From contig OZ024742.1 of assembly GCA_964016885.1 (NCBI GenBank), positions 226,238,001-226,302,000 on the forward strand: DNA of 64,000 nt. Reading direction: 5' to 3'. The notes beneath the pieces are model-generated. The model saw nothing but the letters and a program-made list of their open reading frames with translations. It had not been told where the DNA came from and searched no databases. Made by a program: the position numbers and the translations under genes. This DNA comes from Eledone cirrhosa (lineage: Eukaryota). Below are positions 26,901-43,599 of the stretch, piece by piece; the stretch's first letter is position 1; every line of letters starts with the position of its first letter.

Positions 26901-29900
26901 CCAATACCACCATAACTACAACCAACACCACCATTACTACAACCAACACCACCATAACTACAACCAACACCACCATTACTACCACCAACACCACCATTAC
27001 TACAACCAACACCACCATAACTACAACCAACACCACCATTACTACAACCAACACCACCATAACTACAACCAACACCACCATTACTACAACCAACACCACC
27101 ATTACTACAACCAACACCACCATAACTACAACCAACACCACCATAACTACAACCAACACCACCATTACTACAACCAACACCACCATTACTACCACCAACA
27201 CCACCATAACTACCACCAACACCACCATCACTACCACCAACACCACCATAACTACAACCAACACCACCATTACTACAACCAACACCACCTTAACTACAAC
27301 CAACACCACCATTACTACAACCAACACCACCATAACTACAACCAACACCACCATTACTACAACCAACACCAGCATCACTACAACCAACACCACCATTACT
27401 ACAACAAACACCACCTTAACTACAACCAACACCACCATTACTACCACCAACACCACCATTACTACAACCAACACCACCATAACTACAACCAACACCACCA
27501 TTACTACAACCAACACCACTAACTACAACAACTACCACCAACACCACCATAACTACAACCAACACCACCATAACTACAACCAACACCACCATACTACAAC
27601 CATACTACCACCACCATAAACAACCACAACTAACCACACCACCATTACTACAACCAACACCACCATACTACAACCAACACACCATACTACCACCACCACC
27701 ATACTACACCAACACCATCACTACCACAACACCACCATTACTACAACCAACACCACCATAACTACAACCAACACCACCATTACTACAACCAACACCACCA
27801 TAACTACAACCAACACCACCATAACTACCACCTACACCACCATCACTACCACCATTACTACCACCAACACCACCATTACTACCACCAACACCACCATTAC
27901 TACCACCATTACTACCACCAACACCACTATTACTACCACCAACACCACCATTACTACCACCAACACCACCATTACTACAACCAACACCACCATCAGTACC
28001 ACCAACACCACCATTACTACCACCAACACCACTATCAGTACCACCAACACCACCATTACTACCACCTACACCACCATCACTACCACCATTACTACCACCA
28101 ACACCACCATTACTACCACCAACACCACCATTACTACCACCATACCACCATTACTACAACCAACACCACCATCACTACCACCAACACCACCATTACTACC
28201 ACCATACCACCATTACTACAACCAACACCACCTTTACTACCACCAACACCACCATTACTACAACCAACACCACCATCACTACAACCAACACCACCATTAC
28301 TACCACCAACACCACCATTACTACTACCAACACCACCATTACTACAACCAACACCACCATTACTACAACCAACACCACCATTACTACCACCAACACCACC
28401 ATTACTACCACCAACACCACCATTACTACCACCAACACCACCATTACTACCACCAACACCACCATTACTACCACCAACACCACCATTACTACCACCAACA
28501 CCACCATTACTACAACCAACACCACCATTACTACCACCAACACCACCATTACTACCACCAACACCACCATTACTACCACCAACACCACCATCACTACCAC
28601 CAACACCACCATTACTACCACCAACGCCACCATCACTACCACCAACACCACCATTACTACCACCAACACCACCATTACTACCACCAACACCACTACCACC
28701 AACACCACCATCACTACCACCAACACCACCATTACTACCACCAACGCCACCATCACTACCACCAACACCACCATTACTACCACCAACACCACCATTACTA
28801 CCACCAACACCACCATTACTACCACCAACACCACCATTACTACAACCAACACCACCATCACTACAACCAACACCACCATTACTACAACCAACACCACCAT
28901 TACTACCACCAACACCACCATCACTACAAACAACACCACCATTACTACAACCAATACCACCATTACTACCACCAACACCACCATCACTACCACCAACACC
29001 ACCATCACTACCACCAACACCACCATTACTACAACCAACACCACCATTACTACAACCAACACCACCATCACTACCACCAACACCACCATTACTACAACCA
29101 ACACCACCATCACTACCACCAACACCACCATTACTACAATCAACACCACCATCACTACCACCAACACCACCATCACTACCACCAACACCACCATCACTAC
29201 CACCAACACCACCATTACTACAACCAACACCACCATTACTACAACCAACACCACCATCACTACCACCAACACCACCATTACTACCACCAACACCACCATC
29301 ACTACCACCAACACCACCATCACTACCACCAACACCACCATTACTACAACCAACACCACCATTACTACAACCAACACCACCATTACTACAACCAACACCA
29401 CCATTACTACAACCAACACCACCATCACTACCACCAACACCACCATTACTACCACCAACACCACCATTACTACAACCAACACCACCATCACTACCACCAA
29501 CACCACCATCACTACCACCAACACCACCATTACTACAACCAACACCACCATCACCACCACCAACACCACTATCACTACCACCAACACCACCATTACTACC
29601 ACCAACACCACCATCACTACCACCAACACCACCATCACTACCACCAACACCACCATTACTACAACCAACACCACCATTACTATAACCAACACCACCATTA
29701 CTACAACCAACACCACCATTACTATAACCAACACCACCATTACTACAACCAACACCACCATTACTACCACCAACACCACCATTACTACAACCAACACCAC
29801 CATCACTACCACCAACACCACCATTACTACAACCAACACCACCTTTACTACAACCAACACCACCATTACTACCACCAACACCACCATCACTACAACCAAC

Positions 29901-32900
29901 ACAACCATTACTACCACCAACAACACCATCACTACCACCAACACCACCATCACTACAACCAACACCACCATCACTAACACCAACACCACCATCACTACCA
30001 CCAACACCACCATCACTACCGCCAACACCACCATTACTACAACCAACACCACCATTACTACCACCATACCACCATTACTACAACCAACACCACCATTACT
30101 ACCACCAACACAACCATCACTACAACCAACACCACCATAACTACAACCAATACCACCATAACTACAACCAACACCACCATCACTACCACCAACACCACCA
30201 TAACTACAACCAACACCACCATCACTACAACCAACACCACCATTACTACCACCAACACCACCATTACTACCACCAACACCACCATTAATACAACCAATAT
30301 CACCATTACTACCACCAACACCACCATTACTACAACCAACACCACCAACACCACCACCAACACCACCATTACTACAACCAATACCACCATCACTACAACC
30401 AACACCACCATTACTACAACCAATACCACCATCACTACAACCAACACCACCATTACTACAACCAATACCACCATCACTACAACCAATACCACCATCACTA
30501 CAACCTACACCACCATTACTACAACCAATGCCACCATTACTACCACCAACACCACCATTACTACAACCAATACCACCATCACTACAACCAACACCACCAT
30601 CACTACAACCAACACCACCATTACTACAACCAACACCACCATTACTACCACCAACACCACCATTACTACAACCAATACCACCATTACTACCACCAACACC
30701 ACCATTACTACCACCAACACCACCATTACTACAACCAATACCACCATCACTACAACCAACACCACCATCACTACAACCAACACCACCATTACTACAACCA
30801 ACACCACCATTACTACCACCAACACCACCATTACTACAACCAATACCACCATCACTACAACCAACACCACCATTACTACAACCAACACCACCATTACTAG
30901 AAGCAACACCACCATTACTACAACCAACACCACCATTACTACAACCAACACCACCATTACTACCACCAACACCACCATCACTACCACCAACACCACCATT
31001 ACTACAACCAACACCACCATCACTACAACCAACACCACCATTACTACAACCAACACCACCATAACTACAACCAACACCACCATTACTACAACCAACACCA
31101 CCATTACTACAACCAACACCACCATAACTACAACCAACACCACCATAACTACAACCAACACCACCATTACTACAACCAACACCACCATTACTACCACCAA
31201 CACCACCATAACTACCACCAACACCACCATTACTACAACCAACACCACCATAACTACAACCAACACCACCATTACTACAACCAACACCACCATTACTACC
31301 ACCAACACCACCATCACTACCACCAACACCACCATCACTACCACCAATACCACCATCACTACAACCAACACCACCATTACTACAACCAACACCACCATAA
31401 CTACAACCAACACCACCATTACTACAACCAACGCCACCATTACTACCACCAACACCACCATCACTACCACCAACACCACCATCACTACCACCAACACCAC
31501 CATCACTACAACCAACACCACCATTACTACAACCAACACCACCATTACTACAACGAACACCACCATAACTACAACCAACACCACCATAACTACAACCAAC
31601 ACCACCATTACTACAACCAACACCACCATCACTACCACCAACACCACCATAACTACAACCAACACCACCATAACTACAACAAATACCACCATCACTACAA
31701 CCAACACCACCATTACTACAACCAACACCACCATCACTACCACCAGCACCACCATAACTACAACCAACACCACCATTACTACAACCAACACCACCATAAC
31801 TACAACCAACACCACCATTACTACAACCAACACCACCATTACTACAACCAACACCACCATCACTACCACCAACACCACCATAACTACAACCAACACCACC
31901 ATTACTACAACCAACACCACCATTACTACCACCAACACCACCATCACTACCACCAACACCACCATTACTACAACCAACACCACCATTACTACCACCAACA
32001 CCACCATCACTACCACCAACACCACCATTACTACAACCAACACCACCATAACTACAACCAACACCACCATTACTACAACCAACACCACCATAACTACAAC
32101 CAACACCACCATTACTACAACCAACACCACCATAACTACAACCAACACCACCATTACTACCACCAATACCACCATTACTACAACCAACACCACCATAACT
32201 ACAACCAACACCACCATTACTACAACCAACACCACCATAACTACAACCAACACCACCATTACTACAACCAACACCACCATTACTACAACCAACACCACCA
32301 TTACTACAACCAACACCACCATAACTACAACCAACACCACCATTACTACAACCAACACCACCATTACTACCACCAACACCACCATAACTACCACCAACAC
32401 CACCATCACTACCACCAACACCACCATCACTACCACCAATACCACCATCACTACAACCAACACCACCATTACTACAACCAACACCACCATAACTACAACC
32501 AACACCACCATTACTACAACCAACACCACCATAACTACAACCAACACCACCATAACTACCACCTACACCACCATCACTACCACCATTACTACCACCAACA
32601 CCACCATTACTACCACCAACACCACCATTACTACCACCATTACTACCACCAACACCACTATTACTACCACCAACACCACCATTACTACCACCAACACCAC
32701 CATTACTACAACCAACACCACCATCAGTACCACCAACACCACCATTACTACCACCAACACCACTATCAGTACCACCAACACCACCATTACTACCACCTAC
32801 ACCACCATCACTACCACCATTACTACCACCAACACCACCATTACTACCACCAACACCACCATTACTACCACCATACCACCATTACTACAACCAACACCAC

Positions 32901-35900
32901 CATCACTACCACCAACACCACCATTACTACCACCATACCACCATTACTACAACCAACACCACCTTTACTACCACCAACACCACCATTACTACAACCAACA
33001 CCACCATCACTACAACCAACACCACCATTACTACCACCAACACCACCATTACTACTACCAACACCACCATTACTACAACCAACACCACCATTACTACAAC
33101 CAACACCACCATTACTACCACCAACACCACCATTACTACCACCAACACCACCATTACTACCACCAACACCACCATTACTACCACCAACACCACCATTACT
33201 ACCACCAACACCACCATTACTACCACCAACACCACCATTACTACAACCAACACCACCATTACTACCACCAACACCACCATCACTACCACCAACACCACCA
33301 TTACTACCACCAACACCACCATCACTACCACCAACACCACCATCACTACCACCAACACCACCATTACTACAACCAACACCACCATTACTACAACCAACAC
33401 CACCATTACTACAACCAACACCACCATTACTACAACCAACACCACCATTACTACCACCAACACCACCATCACTACCACCAACACCACCATTACTACAACC
33501 AACACCACCATTACTACAACCAACACCACCATTACTACAACCAACACCACCATCACTACCACCAACACCACCATTACTACAACCAACACCACCATCACCA
33601 CCACCAACACCACTATCACTACCACCAACACCACCATTACTACCACCAACACCACCATCACTACCACCAACACCACCATCACTACCACCAACACCACCAT
33701 TACTACAACCAACACCACCATTACTATAACCAACACCACCATTACTACAACCAACACCACCATTACTACAACCAATACCACCATCACTACAACCAACACC
33801 ACCATCACTACAACCAACACCACCATTACTACAACCAACACCACCATTACTACCACCAACACCACCATTACTACAACCAATACCACCATTACTACCACCA
33901 ACACCACCATTACTACCACCAACACCACCATTACTACAACCAATACCACCATCACTACAACCAACACCACCATCACTACAACCAACACCACCATTACTAC
34001 AACCAACACCACCATTACTACCACCAACACCACCATTACTACAACCAATACCACCATCACTACAACCAACACCACCATTACTACAACCAACACCACCATT
34101 ACTAGAAGCAACACCACCATTACTACAACCAACACCACCATTACTACAACCAACACCACCATTACTACCACCAACACCACCATCACTACCACCAACACCA
34201 CCATTACTACAACCAACACCACCATCACTACAACCAACACCACCATTACTACAACCAACACCACCATAACTACAACCAACACCACCATTACTACAACCAA
34301 CACCACCATTACTACAACCAACACCACCATAACTACAACCAACACCACCATAACTACAACCAACACCACCATTACTACAACCAACACCACCATTACTACC
34401 ACCAACACCACCATAACTACCACCAACACCACCATTACTACAACCAACACCACCATAACTACAACCAACACCACCATTACTACAACCAACACCACCATTA
34501 CTACCACCAACACCACCATCACTACCACCAACACCACCATCACTACCACCAATACCACCATCACTACAACCAACACCACCATTACTACAACCAACACCAC
34601 CATAACTACAACCAACACCACCATTACTACAACCAACGCCACCATTACTACCACCAACACCACCATCACTACCACCAACACCACCATCACTACCACCAAC
34701 ACCACCATCACTACAACCAACACCACCATTACTACAACCAACACCACCATTACTACAACGAACACCACCATAACTACAACCAACACCACCATAACTACAA
34801 CCAACACCACCATTACTACAACCAACACCACCATCACTACCACCAACACCACCATAACTACAACCAACACCACCATAACTACAACAAATACCACCATCAC
34901 TACAACCAACACCACCATTACTACAACCAACACCACCATCACTACCACCAGCACCACCATAACTACAACCAACACCACCATTACTACAACCAACACCACC
35001 ATAACTACAACCAACACCACCATTACTACAACCAACACCACCATTACTACAACCAACACCACCATCACTACCACCAACACCACCATAACTACAACCAACA
35101 CCACCATTACTACAACCAACACCACCATTACTACCACCAACACCACCATCACTACCACCAACACCACCATTACTACAACCAACACCACCATTACTACCAC
35201 CAACACCACCATCACTACCACCAACACCACCATTACTACAACCAACACCACCATAACTACAACCAACACCACCATTACTACAACCAACACCACCATAACT
35301 ACAACCAACACCACCATTACTACAACCAACACCACCATAACTACAACCAACACCACCATTACTACCACCAATACCACCATTACTACAACCAACACCACCA
35401 TAACTACAACCAACACCACCATTACTACAACCAACACCACCATAACTACAACCAACACCACCATTACTACAACCAACACCACCATTACTACAACCAACAC
35501 CACCATTACTACAACCAACACCACCATAACTACAACCAACACCACCATTACTACAACCAACACCACCATTACTACCACCAACACCACCATAACTACCACC
35601 AACACCACCATCACTACCACCAACACCACCATCACTACCACCAATACCACCATCACTACAACCAACACCACCATTACTACAACCAACACCACCATAACTA
35701 CAACCAACACCACCATTACTACAACCAACACCACCATAACTACAACCAACACCACCATAACTACCACCTACACCACCATCACTACCACCATTACTACCAC
35801 CAACACCACCATTACTACCACCAACACCACCATTACTACCACCATTACTACCACCAACACCACTATTACTACCACCAACACCACCATTACTACCACCAAC

Positions 35901-38900
35901 ACCACCATTACTACAACCAACACCACCATCAGTACCACCAACACCACCATTACTACCACCAACACCACTATCAGTACCACCAACACCACCATTACTACCA
36001 CCTACACCACCATCACTACCACCATTACTACCACCAACACCACCATTACTACCACCAACACCACCATTACTACCACCATACCACCATTACTACAACCAAC
36101 ACCACCATCACTACCACCAACACCACCATTACTACCACCATACCACCATTACTACAACCAACACCACCTTTACTACCACCAACACCACCATTACTACAAC
36201 CAACACCACCATCACTACAACCAACACCACCATTACTACCACCAACACCACCATTACTACTACCAACACCACCATTACTACAACCAACACCACCATTACT
36301 ACAACCAACACCACCATTACTACCACCAACACCACCATTACTACCACCAACACCACCATTACTACCACCAACACCACCATTACTACCACCAACACCACCA
36401 TTACTACCACCAACACCACCATTACTACCACCAACACCACCATTACTACAACCAACACCACCATTACTACCACCAACACCACCATTACTACCACCAACAC
36501 CACCATTACTACCACCAACACCACCATCACTACCACCAACACCACCATTACTACCACCAACGCCACCATCACTACCACCAACACCACCATTACTACCACC
36601 AACACCACCATTACTACCACCAACACCACCATTACTACCACCAACACCACCATTACTACAACCAACACCACCATCACTACAACCAACACCACCATTACTA
36701 CAACCAACACCACCATTACTACCACCAACACCACCATCACTACAAACAACACCACCATTACTACAACCAATACCACCATTACTACCACCAACACCACCAT
36801 CACTACCACCAACACCACCATCACTACCACCAACACCACCATTACTACAACCAACACCACCATTACTACAACCAACACCACCATCACTACCACCAACACC
36901 ACCATTACTACAACCAACACCACCATCACTACCACCAACACCACCATTACTACAATCAACACCACCATCACTACCACCAACACCACCATCACTACCACCA
37001 ACACCACCATCACTACCACCAACACCACCATTACTACAACCAACACCACCATTACTACAACCAACACCACCATCACTACCACCAACACCACCATTACTAC
37101 CACCAACACCACCATCACTACCACCAACACCACCATCACTACCACCAACACCACCATTACTACAACCAACACCACCATTACTACAACCAACACCACCATT
37201 ACTACAACCAACACCACCATTACTACAACCAACACCACCATTACTACCACCAACACCACCATCACTACCACCAACACCACCATTACTACAACCAACACCA
37301 CCATTACTACAACCAACACCACCATTACTACAACCAACACCACCATCACTACCACCAACACCACCATTACTACAACCAACACCACCATCACCACCACCAA
37401 CACCACTATCACTACCACCAACACCACCATTACTACCACCAACACCACCATCACTACCACCAACACCACCATCACTACCACCAACACCACCATTACTACA
37501 ACCAACACCACCATTACTATAACCAACACCACCATTACTACAACCAACACCACCATTACTATAACCAACACCACCATTACTACAACCAACACCACCATTA
37601 CTACCACCAACACCACCATTACTACAACCAACACCACCATCACTACCACCAACACCACCATTACTACAACCAACACCACCTTTACTACAACCAACACCAC
37701 CATTACTACCACCAACACCACCATCACTACAACCAACACAACCATTACTACCACCAACAACACCATCACTACCACCAACACCACCATCACTACAACCAAC
37801 ACCACCATCACTAACACCAACACCACCATCACTACCACCAACACCACCATCACTACCGCCAACACCACCATTACTACAACCAACACCACCATTACTACCA
37901 CCATACCACCATTACTACAACCAACACCACCATTACTACCACCAACACAACCATCACTACAACCAACACCACCATAACTACAACCAATACCACCATAACT
38001 ACAACCAACACCACCATCACTACCACCAACACCACCATAACTACAACCAACACCACCATCACTACAACCAACACCACCATTACTACCACCAACACCACCA
38101 TTACTACCACCAACACCACCATTAATACAACCAATATCACCATTACTACCACCAACACCACCATTACTACAACCAACACCACCAACACCACCACCAACAC
38201 CACCATTACTACAACCAATACCACCATCACTACAACCAACACCACCATTACTACAACCAATACCACCATCACTACAACCAACACCACCATCACTACCACC
38301 AACACCACCATTACTACAACCGACACCACCATCACTACAACCAATACCACCAACACCACCATTACTACCACCAATACCATCATTACTACCACCAACACCA
38401 CCATTACTACAACCAATACCACCATCACTACAACCAACACCACCATTACTACAACCAATACCACCATCACTACAACCAATACCACCATCACTACAACCTA
38501 CACCACCATTACTACAACCAATGCCACCATTACTACCACCAACACCACCATTACTACAACCAATACCACCATCACTACAACCAACACCACCATCACTACA
38601 ACCAACACCACCATTACTACAACCAACACCACCATTACTACCACCAACACCACCATTACTACAACCAATACCACCATTACTACCACCAACACCACCATTA
38701 CTACCACCAACACCACCATTACTACAACCAATACCACCATCACTACAACCAACACCACCATCACTACAACCAACACCACCATTACTACAACCAACACCAC
38801 CATTACTACCACCAACACCACCATTACTACAACCAATACCACCATCACTACAACCAACACCACCATTACTACAACCAACACCACCATTACTAGAAGCAAC

Positions 38901-41128
38901 ACCACCATTACTACAACCAACACCACCATTACTACAACCAACACCACCATTACTACCACCAACACCACCATCACTACCACCAACACCACCATTACTACAA
39001 CCAACACCACCATCACTACAACCAACACCACCATTACTACAACCAACACCACCATAACTACAACCAACACCACCATTACTACAACCAACACCACCATTAC
39101 TACAACCAACACCACCATAACTACAACCAACACCACCATAACTACAACCAACACCACCATTACTACAACCAACACCACCATTACTACCACCAACACCACC
39201 ATAACTACCACCAACACCACCATTACTACAACCAACACCACCATAACTACAACCAACACCACCATTACTACAACCAACACCACCATTACTACCACCAACA
39301 CCACCATCACTACCACCAACACCACCATCACTACCACCAATACCACCATCACTACAACCAACACCACCATTACTACAACCAACACCACCATAACTACAAC
39401 CAACACCACCATTACTACAACCAACACCACCATTACTACCACCAACACCACCATCACTACCACCAACACCACCATCACTACCACCAACACCACCATCACT
39501 ACAACCAACACCACCATTACTACAACCAACACCACCATTACTACAACGAACACCACCATAACTACAACCAACACCACCATAACTACAACCAACACCACCA
39601 TTACTACAACCAACACCACCATCACTACCACCAACACCACCATAACTACAACCAACACCACCATAACTACAACAAATACCACCATCACTACCACCAACAC
39701 CACCATTACTACAACCAACACCACCTTTACTACAACCAACACCACCATCACTACCACCAACACCACCATCACTACAACCAACACCACCATTACTACAACC
39801 AACACCACCATTACTACAACGAACACCACCATAACTACAACCAACACCACCATAACTACAACCAACACCACCATTACTACAACCAACACCACCATAACTA
39901 CAACCAACACCACCATAACTACAACAAATACCACCATCACTACCACCAACACCACCATTACTACAACCAACACCACCATAACTACAACCAACACCACCAT
40001 TACTACAACCAACACCACCATAACTACAACCAACACCACCATTACTACAACCAACACCACCATAACTACAACCAACACCACCATTACTACCACCAATACC
40101 ACCATTACTACAACCAACACCACCATAACTACAACCAACACCACCATTACTACAACCAACACCACCATAACTACAACCAACACCACCATTACTACAACCA
40201 ACACCACCATTACTACAACCAACACCACCATTACTACAACCAACACCACCATAACTACAACCAACACCACCATTACTACAACCAACACCACCATTACTAC
40301 CACCAACACCACCATAACTACCACCAACACCACCATCACTACCACCAACACCACCATTACTACAACCAACACCACCATTACTACAACCAACACCACCATA
40401 ACTACAACCAACACCACCATTACTACAACCAACACCACCATAACTACAACCAACACCACCATTACTACAACCAACACCACCATAACTACAACCAACACCA
40501 CCATAACTACAACCAACACCACCATTACTACAACCAACACCACCATTACTACCACCAACACCACCATAACTACCACCAACACCACCATTACTACAACCAA
40601 CACCACCATTACTACAACCAACACCACCATTACTACCACCAACACCACCATCACTACCACCAACACCACCATCACTACCACCAATACCACCATCACTACA
40701 ACCAACACCACCATTACTACAACCAACACCACCATAACTACAACCAACACCACCATTACTACAACCAACACCACCATAACTACAACCAACACCACCATAA
40801 CTACCACCTACACCACCATCACTACCACCATTACTACCACCAACACCACCATTACTACCACCAACACCACCATTACTACCACCATTACTACCACCAACAC
40901 CACTATTACTACCACCAACACCACCATTACTACCACCAACACCACCATTACTACAACCAACACCACCATCAGTACCACCAACACCACCATTACTACCACC
41001 AACACCACTATCAGTACCACCAACACCACCATTACTACCACCTACACCACCATCACTACCACCATTACTACCACCAACACCACCATTACTACCACCAACA
41101 CCACCATTACTACAACCAACACCACCAT
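17920..41128. repeat. ~23-kb minisatellite array, 21-bp unit ACCAACACCACCAT(T/C/A)ACTAC(A/C), ~1,100 copies, with higher-order repeats
   Basis: The 21-bp period is directly visible. Rare variants recur at multi-kb spacing (TAGAAGC at 25573, 30898, 34103, 38891), and identical 77-aa ORFs occur at 27832, 32563, 35768 and 40808. Confidence 0.99.
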
Positions 41129-41440
41129 CATCACCACCATCACCACCATCACTATCACTATCATCCCCCTTCACAATCATCATCACCATCATCATCACCA
41201 TTACCATCATCATCATCATCATCACCACCATCATCATCGCCATTGCCATCATCATCACCACCATCACCATCAACCATCACCTCCATCATCACCACCACCA
41301 TCCCCACCATGCTCATCATCACCATCACCCCTTACCACCGTCACCACCATCACCATTGCCATCACCATCACCATCACCATCACCCCTTACCACCGTCACC
41401 ACCATCACCATTGCCATCACCATCACCATCACCATCACCA
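41129..41440. repeat. (CAT/CAC)n microsatellite at the right edge of the array
   Basis: catcatcaccatcacc runs, with a short internal duplication (ccccttaccaccgtcaccaccatcaccattgcc, twice). Confidence 0.9.
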
Positions 41441-41565
41441 ATGGGTTAGACATGGTTTTCACACGTTGTGGCTAGACTGATCATGTGATCACATCTTTCT
41501 CCTACATCCTGTCTTTGGTTTGGTTTCTATGGCTGGATGCCCTTCCTAACACCAACCACTTCATC
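41441..41565 (-). mobile_element. RTE-derived 3' terminus/UTR remnant
   Basis: atgggttaga and tttctatggctggatgcccttcctaacaccaaccac, as at 51237-51355 and 52881-53000. Confidence 0.65.
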
Positions 41566-41628
41566 TACAATAGACACAACCTTTCCTCGGTCCAATTTAA
41601 CAATTTATTTTCCCTTTTAAATAGAAAT

Positions 41629-42105
41629 AATTGTTTCTACTTTTGGCACAAGCCCAGCAAATACCCAGTGTATTACTGGTACTTTATTTTATCGACCCCG
41701 TAAGGATGAAAGGCAAAGTTAACCTCGGCGGGATTTGAACTCAGAATGGCAAGGGCCATAACTCTATGCGTCAATGCATGGCGTCCGACCCTAGAAATAA
41801 TGATTTATGTCTATTTATGGATGACACAGCTAAAACCCTGAAAGTAGCCACAAATATTAAGCTTTTTATAATCCCTGATAATCTTTCACAATAGTTAGAT
41901 TACCAAATATTGTTATAATAATTGTTTCTACGTTAGGCACAAGGCCAGCAATTATCCCAGTACATTACTGGTACTTTATTTTATCGACTCCGTAAGGATG
42001 AAAGGCAAAGTTAACCTTGGCGGGATTCGAACTCAGAATGGCAAGGACCGTAACTCTATGCGTTAAGGCATGGCGTCCGATTCTCTACCGATACTGCCTA
42101 TCCAT
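41629..42105 (-). mobile_element. Two Nin-domain-like tRNA SINE copies (41629-41792, 41920-42105)
   Basis: Both contain ttgtttctac..ggcacaag..ctggtactttattttatcgac.ccgtaaggatgaaaggcaaagttaacc..gaactcagaatgg. Confidence 0.9.
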
Positions 42106-42111
42106 CAATGA

Positions 42112-42634
42112 TGACGAAAATTATTGTGTACAGTGCCCAGGTGCACTACAACTCATCAAAGGTGCATGTTAAGATATAGAATAATTATTTCTACTTTTGG
42201 CACAAGGCCAGTAATTATCCCAGTGTATTACTGGTACTTCATTTTATCGACCCCGTAAGGATGAAAGGCAAAGTTAACCTTGGCAGGATTTGAACTCAGA
42301 CCATAAAAGGCAGTAACTCTGCTGCAAAGCATGGTGTCCAGCCCTCTGCCGATACTGTCTATCCACATAGAATAATGTACAAATGTCAGGAAAGTAAACA
42401 GTGTATGAGCCATGACATACACACAGATACATGCGTGCATGTATATGGAGGGGGAATATCAGGTATGGTGTTGGCGAATTTCGGGAAGCATGGAAGTTTT
42501 GAAGGATGCAGTGTCTCAACAGCTAACAACCGATGCTGGTAGTTTTTCTATGCTTCAGCAACTCTGAGCGTGAAAAAATGTTTCCAAAAGTCATGGGAGC
42601 TGTGCTGTTTTCTGACTGTGTAGGCATGCCCATG
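42112..42634 (-). mobile_element. CR1-clade LINE 3' end, interrupted by a SINE
   Basis: Minus strand reads GHAYTVRKQHSSHDFWKHFFTLRVAEA*..LPASVVSC*DTASFK (CR1 ORF2 C-terminus pattern). The 3' UTR matches 44017-44143. Confidence 0.8.
42186..42366 (-). mobile_element. Nin-domain-like SINE with 10-bp target-site duplication
   Basis: atagaataat at 42176-42185 and 42367-42376. Confidence 0.9.
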
Positions 42635-42942
42635 GGTGGTGTGGTGGTGGTGGGAAGTTATGCAGCATGAACCTACCAAAATATAACAATACATGTTTCA
42701 ACACACAATTTCAAATCAAGAATCTTGCAAAACAACTACAAAGACAAAGCTAATTATCAAAACTTTATCCCCAAGGATAGGTTTCCTTTTCAGAATCAAA
42801 GCCAGAAATATTTGAGTCCTTAAACATTTAAAACCCTCCCTCTAAAGTAAATGTAAACATCTAAAACACTAGATCAGAGATATTCAAATTGGTGACACAT
42901 TTTAAAAATGAAATATTTTTTGTGATACATTAACCCATTTAG

Positions 42943-43170
42943 CCCTTTCATTACCATATTTCTAATGAAAAACACTTATGATTTTCAAATAATTTTGAAA
43001 ATAATCAAGAATTTGTGGTTGATAAAATAACTTTCTTTTTGTAAATATGGGTTATATTGAATAATAATAATTGTTTTGGAGGTTACTAAAATCTCCAAAA
43101 TATTGAATATATTGAAAATTACTTGAAATACATAGGTTGTCTACTGATTAGAAATATCGCCATGAAAGGG
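42943..43170. mobile_element. piggyBac-type MITE
   Basis: TIRs ccctttcattaccatatttctaat / attagaaatatcgccatgaaaggg with CCC..GGG ends. Flanks are ttag (left) and ttaa (right). Confidence 0.7.
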
Positions 43171-43599
43171 TTAAATGTCATCTGTATTATGTCTAATAAT
43201 GTTTACAGTATAATGACAAAAATAAAGGGAAAAAAGAAAAAATGGCGCGGAGAGAAATGGGGAGGTGGCAAACTCTACATCGTTGGCTAGGCTGTGCCCC
43301 TGTGGAGGACAAGATGATGAAAGCATTGCCGCAGAGAACAGCCAGAGAAACCCATTGCATCAGCCGTTCTACCTCACATGGCTCATTTTTGAGCTGTGAT
43401 GACCTCACCCTGATTTGGCTGAGGAAAACATTAGTCTAAAGGGAATAGTCAGTAAACATCTGGTATTTAGTCATCACTTGCATCTCTAATGCAGTCTGTG
43501 GACCAGAGACAATGGCAGTTTCAATAGTTTCCACACAAAAAGGAATCAGTCAATGCCTGGCATTTAGTCATCTTCCACTCCTCTATGGCAATAATAATA

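Noticed and set aside
17920-41128. CRISPR array or telomeric repeat
   Set aside because: There are no unique spacers or cas genes and the context is eukaryotic. The unit is not TTAGGG-like, and the array is flanked by ordinary DNA on both sides.
17803-41273. Very long minus-strand ORFs (MVVLVVV)n and (GGSNGGV/GCSYGGV)n, up to 1713 aa
   Set aside because: Expected from a 21-bp repeat whose minus strand rarely forms stops. The frames switch at the 20-bp variant units, and there is no non-repetitive domain or signal peptide.
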